In this document: positions 13,701 through 25,296 of the stretch, piece by piece | Numbering within the stretch: position 1 is the stretch's first letter | Layout: each line of letters opens with the position of its first letter | Assembly: GCA_002269645.1 (NCBI GenBank) | Contig: NIVC01000419.1 | Span: 248,001 to 312,000 of the forward strand | Reading direction: 5' to 3' | Length of the DNA: 64,000 nt | Source: Macrostomum lignano | Taxonomy: Eukaryota | Position numbers and translations under genes: made by a program | Notes under the pieces: generated by a model | The model's database searches: none | Told to the model about the DNA's origin: nothing | The model's input: the letters and a program-made list of their open reading frames with translations, nothing else

Positions 13701-16700
13701 TGGGCTTCCGAGTCGACCTTAGCGGGCAGCCGCCCGGAATCGCGGAGGTCAGCGACTTGACGGCGGACTTGCAGGCGCGGTACCCAACGACCTTCAGCGG
13801 TGCGATAGGATGCTGCGCCGGCGCTGTACACCAGCCCAAGGTCGACCCAGCAGTGCGACCCGTCCAGCAGCCACTCCGCCGCCTGCCCCTCATGCGACAG
13901 GAGCAGGTCGGTGCCGAACTCGACAAGATGGAGAAGGACGGCATCATCGAGCGAGTCAACGCTAGCGAGTGGGTCTCCAATCTAGTGGTGACGGCGAAGA
14001 AGGATGGCAGCATCCGAATCTGCGTCGACGTTCGCGAGCCGAACAAGCACTGATCGTCGACAAGCACCCGATGCCACAGCTGGACGAGATTGCCTCGAAG
14101 ATCAAGAAAGGCCGCGGCCGAGTGTTCAGCAAGATTGATCTGAAGTCGGGCTACATGCAGATGCAGCTGCATGAATCGAGCCGCAATCTGACAGCCTTCA
14201 TCACGCACAAGGGGCTCTTCCGCTATCGTCGAGTTCCCTTCGGCCTGGCATCGGCACCAGCTGCTTTCCAGCGCATGCTCGACGATCAGGCCGCCGACCT
14301 CGACGGAGTGGAGCACATCCTGGATGACTTCATCGTGTACGGGCGCAGCGAGGAGGAGCATGATCGACGACTGGAGAAGTTGCTCCAGCGCCTCGAGGAC
14401 AAGGGCATGACGGTGAACAAGCAGAAGTGCGCCTTCAAGCAGAAAGAGGTCGAATTCTTCGGATTCGTGATCTCGGAGGCCGGCATCCGGCCAACGGAGT
14501 CAGCCACAGCGGCCATCAGGGACATCCGGCAGCCCGGAGATCAGAAGGCGTTGAAGTCATTCCTAGGCGCCGCTAACTTCCTGATGCGCTTCGTGCCGCA
14601 CTACGCCGACATCACAGAGCCGCTTCGAAGGCTCCTGAAGGCCGACTCCAACTTCGACTGGACGCCGGAGTGCCAACGGGCGTTCGAAGCAGTGAAGGAC
14701 GCCATCAGCAAGGCACCGACGCTCGCCCACTTCGACCCGAAGGCCGACACTATTGTCACCACGGATGCCAGCGCCAAGGCCATCGGAGCCCAGATGTCGC
14801 AGATCCAGGACGGCGTCGAGCGACCGGTCGCCTTCGCCGCCCGAGCGCTGACGACGACGGAACAGCGCTACGCCGCGAACGAGCGCGAGGCACTGGCTAG
14901 CCTCTGGGCGATGGAGAAGTGGCATTTCTACCTCTACGGTCGCCACTTCGAGCTGCGCACAGATCATCAGGCGCTGCAGCAGCTACTTCTCGGACCGACC
15001 GGCACGGGACACCGGCCACTGCGGATCCATAGGTGGTGCGACCGGCTGCTGCAGTACGACTTCCATGTGCGCTACCTGCCAGGAAACAGCAACTACGTGG
15101 CCGATCTGCTGTCCCGGTGGAGCAGCGGATCGGAGCTGAACCTGATCCACCTGCCCGACACTCCAGGCCCGAGAGTCAAGGCGGTCACACTGGAAGCACT
15201 TACCGCAGGGACCTCGGCTGACGAGACACTGGGGACAGCCATCAGGAGCGTCATCAGCGGCCGGTGGCCAGCTGACATCGACGACGTTGAGCTGCGGGCT
15301 CTCTGGAAGGTGCGCGAACAGCTCAGCGTCTGGAACAACGGCAAATGCCTCGCCTTCCAGGAGAGAGCAGTCATCCCGGAGTCTCTCCGCGGCCATCTTC
15401 TCGAGCAGGCTCACGAAGGGCACCAGGGCATCGTGCGCACCAAGCAGGCGCTCCGCGACTCAGTCTGGTGGCCCGCCATGGACAAGGCGGTCGAGACCTT
15501 CGTGCGACACTGCGTAGCGTGCGAGACAGCCGAGAAGAACTTTAAGGTCAGTCCGGCCCCGCTCAAGACCATACGCTGGCCAGATTCACCATGGGCAGAG
15601 ATCGCCGTGGACATCGTCGGAGAACTGCAGGCGGCGCCGGCCTCTAGCAGGTACCTCATCGTCGTGACCGACCTGCACAGCAAGTGGCCGGAGGTCATCC
15701 CGACGGCCAGCATCACCACGGAGACCATCTGCCGTGCGATGCGCAGCCTGTTCGCAAGGTGGGGGCTGTGCGAGAAGGTGCTGACGGACAACGGCCCGCA
15801 GTTTGGCAGCGAGTTCTCGGACTTCTTGGCCGAGCAGGGCATCCGGCACGTCAAGACCAGCCTCTACCATCCGCAAACCAACGGCCAGACGGAGCGTCTC
15901 AATCGGTCGCTACTCGCCAGCATCAGAGCGGCCATGGTGGAGAACAGGCCGTTTCAAGACGCCGTGACCAACTTCTTGAGGCCTACCGGAGCTCCAAGCA
16001 CAGCCTGACGGGCAAGTCACCGGCCGAGCTCATGCTGGGTCGGAAGTGGCGCACCGCGATCACCATGCTGTCTCCCGGAGGGGGAATGACAACGACCGAG
16101 GCGACGCCTCAGGCACTGCGGCGGCAAATAGAGGCGCGGCAGCAGCGGATCAAGGCCTACACCGATGCCAGGCGAAGGGCCCGCCCCGAGACGTTCCACC
16201 CCGGCGAGTGGGTGAGAATCCGACGGCCCACCAAGAAGGGCAAGCTGGGTACCCGCCTCTCACGGCCACTACAAGTGCTCCATCAGGCGGGACACCACGC
16301 GGTCGAGCTCAGCGACGGCACCAGATGGAACCAGCAGCGGCTGATCCGAACACCGCACCCGGCGCAGCCGAGAGAGCGGTTCGACCCACTGGTGGACTCG
16401 GCGCCAACGACCGGAGCCGGCACGGCGGCACCGGCGGCACCGGCGGCGGAGCCTCCGGCAAGAACAGCAGCGCCCCGCCGATCTGAGCGAGCCAGGCACC
16501 CGCCGATACGCTTCATGAACTGCCGCTGGGACTGATTAAAGTGAAGCTTGGGGACTGTTGGACTCCTTGAAGGAGGGGAAGAATGTTGTGTATTGCAAAG
16601 GCATGCGAGGCGTAGGGGTAGTTCGGGGACAGCGTTTCTAGAAACTTCCACCGCGGACTTGTTTACGCATAGTTCCAGAAGTTTCCTTCCCCGGTCTTTC

Positions 16701-19700
16701 TAGAACTTTCCTTCCCCGCGTGCATAAATATACGAGCCGCCCTCCTATTGGCCAGTCCCCTTCTTTGGTGCCACTGAGCGCCCGGATAATTATCTATCTT
16801 GTTTCTGCGTTCGTTAATTCAACAACAGAACACATAGCTACAGAAATCCCATAGCTACAGAAATCCTATATCTACAGAAATCCATAGCTACAGAAATCCC
16901 ACAGCTACAGAAATCCTATATCTACAGAAATCCATAGCTACAGAAATCCCATAGCTACAGAAATCCCACAGCTATAGAAATCCCATAGCTTCAGAAATCC
17001 CACAGTTACAGAAATCCATAGCTACAGAAATCCCATAGCTACAGAAATCCATAGCTACAGAAATCCCACAGCTACAGAAATCCCACAGCTACAGAAATCC
17101 CACAGTTACAGAAATCCCATAGCTACAGAAATCCCATAGCTACAGAAATCCCACAGCTATAGAAATCCCATAGCTACAGAAATCCCACAGTTACAGAAAT
17201 CCATAGCTACAGAAATCCCATAGCTACAGAAATCCTATATCTACAGAAATCCATAGCTACAGAAATCCCATAGCTACAGAAATCCTATATCTACAGAAAT
17301 CCATAGCTACAGAAATCCCATAGCTACAGAAATCCTATATCTACAGAAATCCATAGCTACAGAAATCCCATAGCTACAGAAATCCTATATCTACAGAAAT
17401 CCATAGCTACAGAAATCCCACAGCTACAGAAATCTCACAGCTATAGAAATCCCATAGCTACAGAAATCCCACAGTTACAGAAATCCATAGCTACAGAAAT
17501 CCCACAGTTACAGAAATCCATAGCTACAGAAATCCCACAGCTACAGAAATCCCACAGTTACAGAAATCCATAGCTACAGAAATCCCACAGTTACAGCAAT
17601 CCCAAAGCTACAGAAATCCCACAGCTACAGAAATCCCACAGCTAATGAAATCTCAAACCATTCCAGGCAAAATGGTGGAAATCGCATTCGACACGGTGCT
17701 GTGGAAGGAGACCCAAGACTCACCAATGGACCGTTGCCATGACGGGTGGAGACCAGCTATCGAGGACCTGCAAAATCGATACCGTTATTCCTACCAGGCG
17801 TGCAAGGAGGCCCACATGAACAAACTGTTCATTGCCAAGTGCCAATGCCTGTTGTCAAGGTTTCCCCGTCCGGCAGGGCTGCCCAGCAACCAGATACCTT
17901 ACTGCGGAGACTTTCGCACTAGCAATATCTCCATCATTGAGAGGTGAGCGCCGGTTGCTTTAGGCTGAATACAAGAGGTTTCTTTAAAACTGTTTCAATT
18001 ATGGGCAGCTATGGTGAAAAGGAGGTTGCACTCGTGATTGCCAATTTTAGTCGCTATCCTATCCATGTAAAAATCGGTCGAATAATATTCTGACTAAAAA
18101 TGTCTCCAGAAAAAAACTGGTATTTAGTATCTGTGGTGCGTGCCATCTGTGGTGTGTGCCAGCGTACAGTGGGAGAGTCAGCTGAATAAACAGAATGTGT
18201 ACTTGAAAATGACCGTCGTAGGTTAGAGCTGTCTACTTACAGAACTGAGGTACGTTAGAGCTGTCTACTTACAGAACTGATGTAGGTTAGAGCTGTCTAC
18301 TTACAGAACTGATGTAGGTTAGAGCTGTCTACTTACAGAACTGATGTAGGTTAGAGCTGTCTACTTACAGAACTGATGTAGGTTAGAGCTGTCTACTTAC
18401 AGAACCGATGTAGGTTAGAGCTGTCTACTTACAGAACCAATGTAGGTTAGAGCTGTCTACTTACAGAACCGATGTAGGTTAGAGCTGTCTACTTACAGAA
18501 CCGATGTAGGTTAGAGCTGTCTACTTACAGAACCGATGTAGGTTAGAGCTGTCTACTTACAGAACCGATGTAGGTTAGAGCTGTCTACTTACAGAACCGA
18601 TGTAGGTTAGAGCTGTCTACTTACAGAACCGTCGTAGGTTAGAGCTGTCTACTTACAGAACCGATGTAGGTTAGAGCTGTCTACTTACAGAACCGATGTA
18701 GGTTAGAGCTGTCTACTTACAGAACCGATGTAGGTTAGAGCTGTCTACTTACAGAACCGATGTAGGTTAGAGCTGTCTACTTACAGAACCGTCGTAGGTT
18801 AGAGCTGTCTACTTACAGAACCGATGTAGGTTAGAGCTGTCTACTTACAGAACCGATGTAGGTTAGAGCTGTCTACTTACAGAACCGATGTAGGTTAGAG
18901 CTGTCTACTTACAGAACCGATGTAGGTTAGAGCTGTCTACTTACAGAACCGATGTAGGTTAGAGCTGTCTACTTACAGAACCGTCGTAGGTTAGAGCTGT
19001 CTACTTACAGAACCGATGTAGGTTAGAGCTGTCTACTTACAGAACCGTCGTAGGTTAGAGCTGTCTACTTACAGAACTGAGGTAGGTTAGAGCTGACTAC
19101 TTACAGAACTGAGGTAGGTTAGAGCTGTCTACTTACAGAACTGAGGTAGGTTAGAGCTGTCTACTTACAGAACCGATGTAGGTTAGAGCTGTCTACTTAC
19201 AGAACTGAGGTAGGTTAGAGCTGTCTACTTACAGAACCGATGTAGGTTAAAACTGTCTACTTACAGAACCGATGTAGGTTAGAACTGACTACTTACAGAA
19301 CCGATGTAGGTTAGAGCTGTCTACTTACAGAACTGAGGTAGGTTAGAGCTGTCTACTTACAGAACCGATGTAGGTTAAAACTGTCTACTTACAGAACCGA
19401 TGTAGGTTAGAACTGACTACTTACAGAACCGATGTAGGTTAGAGCTGTCTACTTACAGAACCGATGTAGGTTAGGGCTGTCTACTTACAGAACCGATGTA
19501 GGTTAGAGCTGTCTACTTACAGAACTGAAGTAGGTTAGAGCTGTCTACTTACAGAACCGATGTAGGTTAGAGCTGTCTACTTACAGAACCGATGTAGGTT
19601 AGAGCTGTCTACTTACAGAACCGATGTAGGTTAGAGCTGTCTACTTACAGAACCGTCGTAGGTTAGAGCTGTCTACTTACAGAACCGATGTAGGTTAGAG

Positions 19701-22102
19701 CTGTCTACTTACAGAACTGAGGTAGGTTAGAGCTGTCTACTTACAGAACCGATGTAGGTTAAAACTGTCTACTTACAGAACCGATGTAGGTTAGAACTGA
19801 CTACTTACAGAACCGATGTAGGTTAGAGCTGTCTACTTACAGAACTGAGGTAGGTTAGAGCTGTCTACTTACAGAACCGATGTAGGTTAAAACTGTCTAC
19901 TTACAGAACCGATGTAGGTTAGAACTGACTACTTACAGAACCGATGTAGGTTAGAGCTGTCTACTTACAGAACCGATGTAGGTTAGGGCTGTCTACTTAC
20001 AGAACCGATGTAGGTTAGAGCTGTCTACTTACAGAACTGAAGTAGGTTAGAGCTGTCTACTTACAGAACCGATGTAGGTTAGAGCTGTCTACTTACAGAA
20101 CCGATGTAGGTTAGAGCTGTCTACTTACAGAACCGATGTAGGTTAGAGCTGTCTACTTACAGAACCGTCGTAGGTTAGAGCTGTCTACTTACAGAACCGA
20201 TGTAGGTTAGAGCTGTCTACTTACAGAACCGTCGTAGGTTAGAGCTGTCTACTTACAGAACCGATGTAGGTTAGAGCTGTCTACTTACAGAACCGTCGTA
20301 GGTTAGAGCTGTCTACTTACAGAACTGAGGTAGGTTAGAGCTGACTACTTACAGAACTGAGGTAGGTTAGAGCTGTCTACTTACAGAACCGATGTAGGTT
20401 AGAGCTGTCTACTTACAGAACTGAGGTAGGTTAGAGCTGTCTACTTACAGAACCGATGTAGGTTAAAACTGTCTACTTACAGAACCGATGTAGGTTAGAA
20501 CTGACTACTTACAGAACCGATGTAGGTTAGAGCTGTCTACTTACAGAACTGAGGTAGGTTAGAGCTGTCTACTTACAGAACCGATGTAGGTTAAAACTGT
20601 CTACTTACAGAACCGATGTAGGTTAGAACTGACTACTTACAGAACCGATGTAGGTTAGAGCTGTCTACTTACAGAACCGATGTAGGTTAGGGCTGTCTAC
20701 TTACAGAACCGATGTAGGTTAGAGCTGTCTACTTACAGAACTGAAGTAGGTTAGAGCTGTCTACTTACAGAACCGATGTAGGTTAGAGCTGTCTACTTAC
20801 AGAACCGATGTAGGTTAGAGCTGTCTACTTACAGAACCGATGTAGGTTAGAGCTGTCTACTTACAGAACCGATGTAGGTTAGAACTGTCTACTTACAGAA
20901 CTGATGTAGGGTAGAGCTGTCTACTTACAGAACCGATGTAGGTTAGAACTGTCTACTTACAGAACCGATGTAAGTTAGAACTGTCTACTTACAGAACTGA
21001 TGTAGGTTAGAGCTGTCTACCTACAGAACTGAGGTAGGTTAGAGCTGTCTACTTACAGAACCGATGTAGGTTAGAACTGTCTACTTACAGAACTGATGTA
21101 GGGTAGAGCTGTCTACTTACAGAACCGATGTAGGTTAGAACTGTCTACTTACAGAACCGATGTAGGTTAGAACTGTCTACTTACAGAACTGATGTAGGGT
21201 AGAGCTGTCTACTTACAGAACCGATGTAGGTTAGAACTGTCTACTTACAGAACCGATGTAGGTTAGAACTGTCTACTTACAGAACCGATGTAGGTTAGAA
21301 CTGTCTACTTACAGAACTGATGTAGGTTAGAGCTGTCTACTTACAGAACTGATGTAGGTTAGAGCTGTCTACCTACAGAACTGAGGTAGGTTAGAGCTGT
21401 CTACTTCAAGTACTTAGAGAACTTTGCTTTAGTTGAATAGTCTACTTACAGTACGATAGCAGTGCTAAGCAGTATAAAATAAAGCAACACGTAAAATTTA
21501 AATTTCTGTTTTCAAGCCGTTTGCGCTGTCTGGAAGAGATTGGCGAGCACCAGTCCAAGATGCCGCAGCCAGCAGCAGCAGCAGCAGCAGCAGCAGTAGC
21601 AGACGATTCCCAATGTCGCAAGCGCTGCACTCGGTACAGCTATGATCAGGAGCTGTCAATCACCCGCTGGCGGGCCAGCAGCTACCAACTGCACTGGATG
21701 CTGCATCAGTCCGACAGTTGGAAACGGCTACGCGAGGTCAACAACGAGTCGGAGAAGCGACACCTGTTGCGCAATATTCTCGACTACCTGGGAGCGGACA
21801 ACTTGACCCGCCTGCCGGTCTCGTACCAGCAGCAGGAGCGGCAGCAGCAGGCAACTCTCACCGACTCAGCCGAGGACACCTACGCCTACGTGGTAGTTCG
21901 GCGAAAAAGTTTCGACACATTGAAACGAGAAGAGAAGCTCACGGTCACGTTCGAAGCTTTGATGAGTCGTGTTGGCGGCCTGTGCTCGCTGTATCTGGGG
22001 CTCACCATGGCCTTCTTTGTGGAGATTGTCGAGTTCCTCTACTTGGCCTGCCTGCGACAGCGGGTGAGGGGCCGGGAGCGGGCGGTCGATCGGCCGGCTT
22101 AA
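7754..22102 (+). CDS. DEG/ENaC (amiloride-sensitive sodium channel family) subunit, 4 exons
   Basis: Exons 7754-8308, 9286-9667, 17667-17943 and 21517-22102 join with consistent phases 0, 1, 2. Motifs: pre-TM1 SSLRGVPKI, TM1, FPAITIC, HPKYFNCYT, GLRLLLHEANLYP..GVHIEPG, Cys-rich YSYQAC..CQC..YC..CRKRC, TM2 LMSRVGGLCSLYLGLT..VEIVEF. Confidence 0.9.
8370..8590. repeat. 41-bp minisatellite, ~5.4 copies (ENaC intron 1)
   Basis: Unit AACGATTGGTAGTGTTTTTCAATGTTCTGTGACTGCTTCAC recurs at 8370, 8411, 8452 and onward. Confidence 0.95.
10231..11016. repeat. 12-bp minisatellite (ATGAGAAGGAGC/CTGAGAAGGAGC), ENaC intron 2
   Basis: Direct tandem units over ~790 bp; explains the low-complexity ORFs 10186-10995 and 10214-11029. 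Confidence 0.95.
11368..11790. repeat. 31-bp minisatellite, ENaC intron 2
   Basis: Unit GAGATCCCACACGAATCTCTCATAGGATTGT, about 13 copies. Confidence 0.9.
12310..12557 (+). repeat. 5' LTR (248 bp)
   Basis: TGTTGTGTATT...CAGAACA; matches the 3' LTR except one C in a C-run (GTCCC vs GTCCCC) as read by eye. Confidence 0.97.
12361..12458 (+). promoter_or_regulatory. Three perfect heat-shock elements plus TATA-like box in 5' LTR U3
   Basis: tTTCtaGAAacTTCc 12361-12375, gTTCcaGAAgtTTCc 12398-12412, tTTCtaGAActTTCc 12423-12437, then ATAAATATA 12450-12458. HSE consensus is alternating nGAAn pentamers. Confidence 0.8.
12559..12576 (+). promoter_or_regulatory. Primer binding site complementary to the tRNA-Ser(GCU) 3' end
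   Basis: TGGCGACGAGGATGGGAT, 1 nt after the LTR; reverse complement ATCCCATCCTCGTCGCCA is the 3' end of eukaryotic tRNA-Ser(GCU) as I recall it. Confidence 0.85.
12570..16535 (+). CDS. Gag-Pol polyprotein of the LTR element (Gag, zinc knuckles, aspartic protease, RT, RNase H, integrase), split by ~5 single-base frameshifts
   Basis: Gag ARYRFRQRQQLPGE..LIRDQL; CTRCGRDH..CPAKG..CGKKNHFRSCC; protease LMVDCGA; RT FSKIDLKSGY..VPFGLASAPAAFQ..ILDD; RNase H TTDASAKAIGA; integrase HEGHQG..CVAC, TDNGPQF, HPQTNGQTERLN. Frames switch near 12573, 13308, 13506, 14048 and 15982. Confidence 0.9.
16569..16583 (+). other. Polypurine tract
   Basis: GAAGGAGGGGAAGAA directly abutting the TG of the 3' LTR. Confidence 0.9.
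16584..16832 (+). repeat. 3' LTR (249 bp), also with 3 HSEs (16635-16711) and TATA-like box
   Basis: Copy of the 5' LTR, followed by TSD CATAG. Confidence 0.97.
16833..17643. repeat. 16/17-bp minisatellite (ATCCCATAGCTACAGAA); left remnant at ~12253-12309
   Basis: The same unit flanks both sides of the LTR element, so the element inserted into this array. Confidence 0.95.
18212..21406. repeat. 32-bp satellite, ~100 copies, filling ENaC intron 3
   Basis: Unit GTAGGTTAGAGCTGTCTACTTACAGAACCGAT; rare variants recur at 512 and 704 bp spacing (16 and 22 units). Confidence 0.97.
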
Positions 22103-23985
22103 AGTCTCGGAGATTTTGATAAACAAGAATATAGGCCTTCAAATATAGTCTAAGATTTTCCTTGGTACAGACAATGGCGTTCTTGATAGTACTACATTTA
22201 AACAGAGGAGCAGAAACTAAGGAGACGGTTCCACTCAAGCCCTGATTTTGTCTAATATAGCATACCTATCTTGTGTAATTTACATGTACTTTTGTAAATT
22301 TTCACTTTTTAATATCTGAGTGCACAGAAAGAAGTGAATCAAATTTGTATACAATTTAAAATCTTTCCTGTACTGAAAAACATAGTTAAAAAAATAATAG
22401 CGTACTCGAAATTGAACGCTAAGTGAAGATTCAAGGTGACGACGTGTACTTTTGCAATATTGAGGTGAGGAGGTGTACTTTTGCAATATTGAGGTGAGGA
22501 GGTGTACTTTTGCAATATTGAGGTGAGGAGGTGTACTTTTGCAATATTGAGGTGAGGAGGTGTACTTTTGCAGTATTGAGGTGAGGAGGTGTACTTTTGC
22601 AATTTTGAGGTGAGGAGGTGATGTAGGTTAGAACTGTCTACTTACAGAACCGATGTAGGTTAGAACTGTCTACTTACAGAACTGATGTAGGTTAGAGCTG
22701 TCTACTTACAGAACTGATGTAGGTTAGAGCTGTCTACCTACAGAACTGAGGTAGGTTAGAGCTGTCTACTTCAAGTACTTAGAGAACTTTGCTTTAGTTG
22801 AATAGTCTACTTACAGTACGATAGCAGTGCTAAGCAGTATAAAATAAAGCAACACGTAAAATTTAAATTTCTGTTTTCAAGCCGTTTGCGCTGTCTGGAA
22901 GAGATTGGCGAGCACCAGTCCAAGATGCCGCAGCCAGCAGCAGCAGCAGCAGCAGCAGCAGTAGCAGACGATTCCCAATGTCGCAAGCGCTGCACTCGGT
23001 ACAGCTATGATCAGGAGCTGTCAATCACCCGCTGGCGGGCCAGCAGCTACCAACTGCACTGGATGCTGCATCAGTCCGACAGTTGGAAACGGCTACGCGA
23101 GGTCAACAACGAGTCGGAGAAGCGACACCTGTTGCGCAATATTCTCGACTACCTGGGAGCGGACAACTTGACCCGCCTGCCGGTCTCGTACCAGCAGCAG
23201 GAGCGGCAGCAGCAGGCAACTCTCACCGACTCAGCCGAGGACACCTACGCCTACGTGGTAGTTCGGCGAAAAAGTTTCGACACATTGAAACGAGAAGAGA
23301 AGCTCACGGTCACGTTCGAAGCTTTGATGAGTCGTGTTGGCGGCCTGTGCTCGCTGTATCTGGGGCTCACCATGGCCTTCTTTGTGGAGATTGTCGAGTT
23401 CCTCTACTTGGCCTGCCTGCGACAGCGGGTGAGGGGCCGGGAGCGGGCGGTCGATCGGCCGGCTTAAAGTCTCGGAGATTTTGATAAACAAGAATATAGG
23501 CCTTCAAATATAGTCTAAGATTTTCCTTGGTACAGACAATGGCGTTCTTGATAGTACTACATTTAAACAGAGGAGCAGAAACTAAGGAGACGGTTCCACT
23601 CAAGCCCTGATTTTGTCTAATATAGCATACCTATCTTGTGTAATTTACATGTACTTTTGTAAATTTTCACTTTTTAATATCTGAGTGCACAGAAAGAAGT
23701 GAATCAAATTTGTATACAATTTAAAATCTTTCCTGTACTGAAAAACATAGTTAAAAAAATAATAGCGTACTCGAAATTGAACGCTAAGTGAAGATTCAAG
23801 GTGACGACGTGTACTTTTGCAATATTGAGGTGAGGAGGTGTACTTTTGCAATATTGAGGTGAGGAGGTGTACTTTTGCAATATTGAGGTGAGGAGGTGTA
23901 CTTTTGCAATATTGAGGTGAGGAGGTGTACTTTTGCAGTATTGAGGTGAGGAGGTGTACTTTTGCAATTTTGAGGTGAGGAGGTG
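21255..23985 (+). repeat. Tandem direct duplication of a 1365-bp unit containing the ENaC terminal exon
   Basis: 21255-22619 is repeated at 22620-23984; ORFs 21521-22102 and 22886-23467 translate identically. Confidence 0.95.
22882..23467 (+). CDS. Second copy of ENaC exon 4 (thumb/knuckle, TM2, stop) with intact acceptor
   Basis: TTTTCAAG|CCGTTTG acceptor at 22881/22882; same 193-aa translation as copy 1. Confidence 0.75.
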
Positions 23986-24215
23986 TACTTTTGCAGTATT
24001 GAGGTGAGGAGGTGTACTTTTGCAATATTGAGGTGAGGAGGTGTACTTTTGCAGTATTGAGGTGAGGAGGTTGTACTTTTGCAATATTGAGGTGAGGAGG
24101 TGTACTTTTGCAGTATTGAGGTGAGGAGGTGTACTTTTGCAATATTGAGGTGAGGAGGTGTACTTTTGCAGTATTGAGGTGAGGAGGAGGTGTACTTTTG
24201 CAATATTGAGGTGAA
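23810..24215. repeat. 29-bp minisatellite downstream of ENaC stop (shorter copy at 22445-22620)
   Basis: Unit GTGTACTTTTGCAATATTGAGGTGAGGAG. Confidence 0.92.
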
Positions 24216-25296
24216 GAGAAAGTGTACTTATAAAAGATTGAAGTGAGGGGTATGCTTTATATAGATAGAGGTTGTTAGGATGTGTACTTTTAAGGCATAG
24301 AGGCGAGGAAGTGTACTTTAAATGACACTCGATGAAGGAATTTACTTTCACTTACGAAAGTAAACGTGTGCGTGTTTCAGCATATTCTTAAACAGATATT
24401 GTATTTAGGAGCATTAATATTTGCTTCAAAATTGAATTATTTAATATATTTTAAATATTTGACATCTATATATTTTCTCCTCTCGCTGCTTTTAGCTCGT
24501 AAATTATAATTTCAGTCACTAAAATAAATGTACTCAACAGATACTTTTGGTAACTTTTCCAAACCAAACTCTCAAGAAGTGTCGGAAACAGTTTACTAAC
24601 AGTAGAAATGCGAAAATATTGCTTGTCATATTAATACTTTGGTATTAGTATACTTCATGGTTTACACGAAAAACAAAGAATGGGCAGAATTGCCGCTAGC
24701 GCTGTGTCGTGAAACGACGTCTCCCAAGACATTGCATCACAGTGGCCACAATCCTTCTTTGAATATTTATTTATATTTATAATTTAATTTATAATTTATA
24801 AGCCTTGCTCAAAGGTGTTAGAATAAGTTAGTAACAATAAACTAGTGTACTGATCGAGTGCTTTTTCGAGCCAATAAGCAGGCGACAAGTTCAAAATTGC
24901 CTGCGATTGGATGAGAAAATTGCAGGGCTACAAAAGAAATGCTTCTTCTTTTGTAAGGTAAAATAAAGCCAGCTATAGTTTACGTGTTGAAACGCTTTTA
25001 TTAAAAAATCACGTAGGTAAGTTTCTGACCAGCTCTTTTTTTATAAATCCTAGTTGTTAATTACGACTTCATATGCGATGCGGCCTAGACAGCCGATGAA
25101 ATAGATTTGACTTGATTAGATTCATAAATAAATATTTAACCACTATTTCATAAACGAGATTAGAGTCGTACCAAAACATTGGCCTGAGAAGCCAGCTATC
25201 TAGAATAAGATATCAGATCTCCTATGGCCTTTCTAGTTAATTTAACGATTTCCCAATTAATCTTTTATATTTAAATGGGTGATTATTTTATAACTG

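Larger units (their letters stand above)
12310..16832 (+). mobile_element. Full-length Ty3/Gypsy LTR retrotransposon (Mag-like), 4523 bp
   Basis: Two near-identical TG...CA LTRs (12310-12557, 16584-16832), 5-bp TSD CATAG (12305-12309, 16833-16837), PBS, PPT, and gag-PR-RT-RNaseH-IN order; double Cys/His knuckle in Gag. Confidence 0.97.

Noticed and set aside
13256-14053. Programmed ribosomal frameshifting as the cause of the gag-pol frame changes
   Set aside because: Several breaks fall inside conserved domains (zinc knuckle, protease, RT, integrase) and lack slippery heptamers; single-base deletion errors fit better.
14311-14340. RT catalytic motif ILDD instead of YxDD, and protease DCG instead of DTG/DSG
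   Set aside because: Catalytic aspartates are retained and such variants occur in Gypsy lineages; not evidence of novelty or inactivity on its own.
18212-21406. CRISPR-like appearance of 32-bp repeats (also the 41-, 37- and 52-bp arrays)
   Set aside because: No unique spacers, no cas genes, eukaryotic intronic context.
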